Of a stretch of 64,000 bases of DNA, positions 54,050-64,000 are shown piece by piece. Each line of letters starts with the position of its first letter. Position 1 is the stretch's first letter. The notes below the pieces were generated by a model that searched no databases, was not told the DNA's origin, and saw only the letters and a list, made by a program, of their open reading frames with translations. Both the position numbers and the translations under genes were made by a program. This DNA is from Eledone cirrhosa (lineage: Eukaryota), in NCBI GenBank assembly GCA_964016885.1, contig OZ024740.1, forward strand, positions 112,034,001 through 112,098,000, given 5' to 3'.

Positions 54050-56075
54050 AACTACCACGACCACCACCACCAATAAACAAGACCCTCAACACCATTACCG
54101 TCACTAACATTACCTACAAACACCAGTACCCTCACCACCCAACCAGCACAATAACAACAATACGCCCAAAACTACCACCACCACCACCACCACCAATAAA
54201 CAAGACCCTCAACACCATTACCGTCACTAACATTACCTACAAACACCAGTACCCTCACCACCCAACCAGCACAATAACAACAATACCCCCCAAAACTATC
54301 ACCACGACCACCACCACCACCAATAAACAAGACCCTCAACACCATTACCGTCACTAACATTACCTACAAACACCAGCACCCTCACCACCCAACCAGCACA
54401 ATAACAACAATACCCCCCAAAACTATCACCACCACCACCACCACCACCAATAAACAAGACCCTCAACACCATTACAGTCACTAACATTACCTACAAACAC
54501 CAGTACCCTCACCACCCAACCAGCACAATAACAACAATACCCCCCAAAACTATCACTATCACCACCACCACCAATAAACAAGACCCTCAACACCATTACA
54601 GTCACTAACATTACCTACAAACACCAGTACCCTCACCACCCAACCAGCACAATAACAACAATACCCCCCAAAACTATCACCACCACCACCACCACCAATA
54701 AACAAGACCCTCAACACCATTACAGTCACTAACATTGCCTACAAACACCAGTACCCTCACCACCCAACCAGCACAATAACAACAATACCCCCAAAACTAT
54801 CAGTATCACCACCACCACCACCAATAAACAAGACCCTCAACACCATTACCGTCACTAACATTACCTACAAACACCAGCACCCTCACCACCCAACCAGCAC
54901 AATAACAACAATACCCCCCAAAACTATCACCACCACCACCACCACCACCAATAAACAAGACCCTCAACACCATTACCGTCACTAACATTACCTACAAACA
55001 CCAGTACCCTCACCACCCAACCAGCACAATAACAACAATACCCCCAAAACTATCAGTATCACCACCACCACCACCAATAAACAAGACCCTCAACACCATT
55101 ACCGTCACTAACATTACCTACAAACACCAGTACCCTCACCACCCAACCAGCACAATAACAACAATACCCCCAAAACTATCAGTATCACCACCACCACCAC
55201 CAATAAACAAGACCCTCAACACCATTACCGTCACTAACATTACCTACAAACACCAGTACCCTCACCACCCAACCAGCACAATAACAACAATACCCCCAAA
55301 ACTATCAGTATCACCACCACCACCACCAATAAACAAGACCCTCAACACCATTACAGTCACTAACATTACCTACAAACACCAGTACCCTCACCACCCAACC
55401 AGCACAATAACAACAATACCCCCCCAAAACTATCACCACGACCACCACCACCACCAATAAACAAGACCCTCAACACCATTACCGTCACTAACATTACCTA
55501 CAAACACCAGCACCCTCACCACCCAACCAGCACAATAACAACAATACCCCCCAAAACTATCACCACCACCACCACCACCACCAATAAACAAGACCCTCAA
55601 CACCATTACCGTCACTAACATTACCTACAAACACCAGCACCCTCACCACCCAACCAGCACAATAACAACAATACCCCCCAAAACTATCACCACCACCACC
55701 ACCACCACCAATAAACAAGACCCTCAACACCATTACCGTCACTAACATTACCTACAAACACCAGCACCCTCACCACCCAACCAGCACAATAACAACAATA
55801 CCCCCCAAAACTATCACCACCACCACCACCACCACCAATAAACAAGACCCTCAACACCATTACCGTCACTAACATTACCTACAAACACCAGTACCCTCAC
55901 CACCCAACCAGCACAATAACAACAATACCCCCAAAACTATCAGTATCACCACCACCACCGCCAATAAACAAGACCCTCAACACCATTACCGTCACTAACA
56001 TTACCTACAAACACCAGCACCCTCACCACCCAACCAGCACAATAACAACAATACCCCCAAAACTATCAGTATCAC
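54050..56075. repeat. About 124-127-bp satellite, about 16 copies
   Basis: Unit CCAATAAACAAGACCCTCAACACCATTACCGTCACTAACATTACCTACAAACACCAG.. with a variable (ACC)n. Confidence 0.97.
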
Positions 56076-56154
56076 CAACATTTAAGTATTTTCACATATC
56101 ATAGTAGTTTTGTTAGATTTTTTCAGATTTGCTTAACTCTGTTCCATATGTATA

Positions 56155-56347
56155 GGGTGGTGGATTGGCAGTATCGGTAGAGGCGTCGGGCGCCATGCTT
56201 TGACGCATAGAGTTACGGCCCTTGACAGTCTGAGTTCAAATCCAGCCGAGGTTAACTTTCCCTTTCATCCTTATGGGGTCGATAAAATAATGTACCAGTA
56301 ATGTACTGCGTAATTACTGGCTTTGTGCCAAAAAGTAGAAACAGTTA
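56155..56347 (+). mobile_element. SINE family A, full length
   Basis: A-box, B-box, core and tail all present. Confidence 0.93.
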
Positions 56348-56375
56348 TGTAAACCATGGATCGACAAACATTTTG

Positions 56376-57157
56376 GTGGCGGGCTGGATGAACATGTATC
56401 TAGCAGGCTGGATAGTCATGTATCTAGCAGGCTGGATGGTCATGTATCTGGCGGGCTGGATGGTCATGAATCTGGCGGGCTGGATGGTCATGTATCTAGC
56501 AGGCTGGATGGTCATGTATCTGGCAGGCTGGATGGTCATGTATCTGGCGGGATGGATGGTCATGTATCTGGCAGGCTGGATGGTCATGTATCTGGCGGGC
56601 TGGATGGTCATGTATCTGGCAGGCTGTATGGTCATGAATCTGGCGGGCTGGATGGTCATGTATCTGGCAGGCTGGATGGTCATGTATCTGGCGGGCTGGA
56701 TGGTCATGTATCTGGCGGGCTGGATGGTCATGTATCTGGCAGGCTGTATGGTCATGAATCTGGCGGGCTGGATGGTCATGTATCTGGCGGGATGGATGGT
56801 CATGTGTCTGGTGGGCTGGATGGTTATATATCTGGCAGCCTGGATAGTCATGTATCTGGCAGGCTGGATGGTCATGTGTCTGGCGGGCTGGATGGTCATG
56901 TATCTGGCGGGGTGGATGGTCATGTATCTGGCGGGGTGTATGGTCATGAATCTGGCGGGATGGATGGTCATGTATCTGGCGGGGTGGATGGTCATATATC
57001 TGACGGGCTGGATGGTCATGTATCTGGCGGGCTGGATGGTCATGTGTCTGGCGGGATGGATGGTCATGTGTCTGGCGGGATGGATGGTCATGTGTCTGGC
57101 GGGGTGTATGGTCATGAATCTGGCGGGGTGGATAGACATGTCTTCGTGTCTGGCGGG
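56376..57157. repeat. 24-bp minisatellite, about 32 copies
   Basis: Unit TGGATGGTCATGTATCTGGCGGGC. Confidence 0.96.
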
Positions 57158-57751
57158 AAAATAAAAGTGAAACTATAGTTTACAAACTGTTTGTTTATTT
57201 AATGACTGTTTTTCATCAATGGCTTTTCACGTAGAATAAAATAAATGCTTTGGGGGAAATGTTTCTTAACACTGTGTATGCCTGTATGGTCTTGTAACTC
57301 CTGCTGGCCATAGTGACATACAGCCTATCTTGGGCATCTTAATCATTGTAGACCCACATCTGAACATAGCTTATTTCTTTCACAAGGGGAGAGGGAAAGT
57401 GGGAGGGAGTGACATAAATATATAGGAATATGTAGGAAAGGAATCGACCGTAGTAGTAGACTGGTACATTATTTATCGACCGCAAAGAGAGCCAAATCGA
57501 ATACTGCACATCATTCTCTCCGATGTTCTACAGACTTCGCCAATACGACGCTTGCCCTTAATGCTATAACTTCGTTTAAAACTCGTTGATATAAATATTT
57601 CTTTTGCTAAGTTTATAACTGGGTCACAGATTAGGCGCAGAATAATGCATAAGAACGATTTAAAGCTGAAAATAACACAATACAGGAGTTATAAGAGCAT
57701 AATAGAAACGCCAAAAGACAAATACAAATCCTGTTTGTGTGTGTTTATATA

Positions 57752-57799
<48 letters not shown>

Positions 57800-58274
57800 A
57801 TGTGCGTAATATTACATCAGATACGCTTCTATTATAAGGGAAAAATAATAATGCTGGAGTGCACCTCCCATTGGGAATCTTAGAGCTCATTCCACCCGTG
57901 AATGCACACGGAGATAGCATGCGTGTGTCTGGGTAGGGGCCTAATTAGACTCCATCGCGCCTAACTTTACCATCAATACACCCTCCACTTCATCACCACC
58001 AGCATCAGCCCCATGTACATCTTATTCATCAACACCAGATACACTATCAACACAACGGTGAAAGGGTATGGTCATATGACCTTGACGTGCTGCGGGGTGG
58101 CAGTTTTGACTGGGTGTGTCGGTTGTTGCTGATTCTATGTTTACGGTTGATTGAATCTATAGTTGCAGAGAACAGAATCTGATAAATGGAACGGTGAACA
58201 CACTTATAGAAATCTAGGTGGGATGACTCTCGGTCTTAATTACACACTCTCTCGCTCTCTCTCTATATATATAT

Positions 58275-58316
<42 letters not shown>

Positions 58317-58327
58317 TGTGTGTGTGT

Positions 58328-58426
58328 GTGTGTCCCCAAAAACTGTATGCACACTTCAACAGCATTCTAATAAATATTGCCTGTACAGGTAATCAAAGTG
58401 TGTATACATTTTTGGGAGACACCCTG
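58328..58426. mobile_element. Tc1/mariner-type MITE, same family as 13300-13398
   Basis: GTGTCCCCAAAAACTGTATGCACAC..TTCTAATAAAT..GGTAATC..TGTATACATTTTTGGGAGACACCCTG. Confidence 0.78.
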
Positions 58427-58431
58427 TGTGT

Positions 58432-61583
<3,152 letters not shown>

Positions 61584-61830
61584 AAGAGAGAAAAGGAGAG
61601 AGAGAGAAAGATAGGGAAGTAGACCTCCCACACGCATACACATATGTCAATTTGTCTGTCTGTCTATCTAATTATTTCTGTCTGTCAACCTATCTATCCG
61701 TCTCTCTTTCCTAATGTCTGACAACGAATATATTAATTGCACCATGCAAAATGAACAAAAGTCATATTTAGAAAAACTGTTGTGATTCTCGCTTTCAATA
61801 CACACACACGCAGACAGAAGCGCACGCACT

Positions 61831-61885
<55 letters not shown>

Positions 61886-62150
61886 ACGCACACACACACA
61901 TATATATTTATTTATATCTATATATATATACATATATATATATATTTATTTATATCTATATACATATACATATATATATATATATCTGTATTTATATATA
62001 TATATATTTATTTATATCTATATATATATATACATATATATATATACATATATTTATATATATATATTTATTTATATATATATATACATATATTTATATA
62101 TATATATTTATTTATATATATATATATTATATATATATATATATATAGAT

Positions 62151-62201
<51 letters not shown>

Positions 62202-62691
62202 CATACATGTATGTATATATAGATAGATACATACATGTATGTATATATAGATAGATACATACATGTATGTATATATAGATAGATACATACATGTATGTAT
62301 ATATAGATAGATACATACATGTATGTATATATAGATAGATACATACATGTATCCATATATAGATAGATATATACATGTATGTATATATAGATACATACAT
62401 ACATGTATGTATATATAGATACATACATAGATTAATGTGTGTATGTGAGATTTGTTCTCTACAGTAGACAGTTTTCCATATCATTTGTTCGCGAAGTCAA
62501 GTCAATCGAAACATTACAGAAACTACGCATGCGTGGTTTACACACACATGCCCACTATGCATAAAAGTTCACAGTTGTGTGGTATACATGTCCCCAATTT
62601 ACATACGCCCAGTCTTGCATGCAACACACACTAGTATACATACGTGTAATATATATATATGTATGTATGCATGTATGTATGCATGTATGCT

Positions 62692-62845
62692 TTGCTGCGT
62701 GTTTAAGAAGTCCTCTTCGCAATGAAACTCATGTTCGATCCTTCCGCATGGCATCTTGAGCAAGTATCTTCACCATAGACTTGGGTTCATCCATGCCTTG
62801 TAAGTGAACATTTTAAGAGCGAATTGTATAGAAATCCAATGGATG
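62692..62845 (+). mobile_element. Old SINE family D
   Basis: GTTCGATCC B-box-like motif followed by GGCATCTTGAGCAAGTATCTTCACCATAG..GCCTTGTAAGTG. Confidence 0.55.
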
Positions 62846-63134
62846 TATTGTGATTTTAATTCAAAGGTATAGCTGTGTTACGTATTGTGTCATATATATC
62901 TTCATATATTCTTCCAGAGAATTACGTTAAGGTACGTCTGTGGAATACTCAACCACTTATACGGACAGTCAGTTGATCGAACGGCTGAATGCTCATCATT
63001 TAAACAGATGTTGGATCCATCGTCATCGTGGATGATTTTAAAATATGAATTTTTACAAACGATTAAAAAAATGATTGAGATAGACCTAATGAATAATATA
63101 ATGAAAACTTCGAAATTGTACATATCTTGCAAGA

Positions 63135-63530
63135 TAGAGACTGTGTTGAAACCAAAGCAGTTACTGCATGGAAGAGTCATTTTAACCATAGTTGTACATA
63201 TCTGGCAAGTGGCTCGAACCGAGATTGTGGGGTGTTGAAACCAAAGCAGTTACTGCATGGAAGAGTCATTTTAACCATAGTTGTACATATCTGGCAAGTG
63301 GCTTGATCCGAAACTGTGTCGAAACTAAAGCAATTACATCAAGCAATAGTCATTTAACCATGTCTGGCAAGTGACTTGATCTGAGAAGGTGTGTTGAAAC
63401 TAAAGCTATTACATCATGGAAGAGTCATTTTAACCATAGTTGTACATGTCTGGCAAGTGACTTGATCTGAGTGACTTGATCTGAGACTGCGTTTTGAAGC
63501 TGAAGCAATTACAGCGTGGAAGAGTCAGTT
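63135..63530. repeat. About 85-bp diverged tandem repeat, about 5 copies
   Basis: Unit GTGTTGAAACCAAAGCAGTTACTGCATGGAAGAGTCATTTTAACCATAGTTGTACATATCTGGCAAGTGGCT. Confidence 0.9.
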
Positions 63531-64000
63531 CATTTTTGCCATTCAAGACACCCAAAAAACTGTTCACTTCGAGATTCCTCCAAGATACGATAAATGTAAA
63601 GTTAAGTCTTTGGAGGTTTGAGAATTGCCAAAATGAGTCTTCCTTGCTGTAATTGCTGATGGTGAAAACTGTTAGAATTTTTAGCCGTTATATCTGGTGT
63701 TTAGTCGTGATAACTGTGCCTGGTATACCATACATAGTTATTCATGGATAACTATCATTACCACATCACAGCATTACTGTGTGAAGAGCCGACATAATGG
63801 CTGAAAGTGCTAATCTTATTATTCACTCAATTGTGACAATAATAACATAGGAGAACATTACAATGATGCAATGTATGGTCAATTGTTGATATAGTTGGAA
63901 ATGATCCAAAGAGTTTCGGTTTTTAGCCTTTCATTGAAAGATAGGATGAGAGAGATATTTGAGAGAAACAAGAAACAGGAAGATAGACGAGAGTAAGAAA

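Overview
This is repeat-dense, AT-rich eukaryotic DNA. The SINE families and microsatellite load suggest an octopus or other coleoid cephalopod, which is an inference. Nearly all ORFs in the supplied track are translations of micro- or minisatellites. The only long intact coding sequence belongs to a 5'-truncated non-LTR retrotransposon of the R4/Dong type (43714-45701; RT, CCHC knuckle, restriction-like endonuclease). It sits head-to-tail behind a second, slightly different 3' fragment of the same family. All four junctions of the two copies abut (CATA)n, which points to a young family targeting the (CATA)n microsatellite. The window also holds a decayed Mariner, RTE-like and CRE-like LINE fragments, several MITEs, and many tRNA-derived SINEs, several with clear TSDs. 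A set of fold-back or direct-repeat elements next to (TA)n carries hammerhead-ribozyme-like cores, resembling Penelope or retrozyme footprints. A candidate promoter and first coding exon lie near 11.2-12.15 kb, which would make much of the rest an intron containing E-box/bZIP-rich islands.
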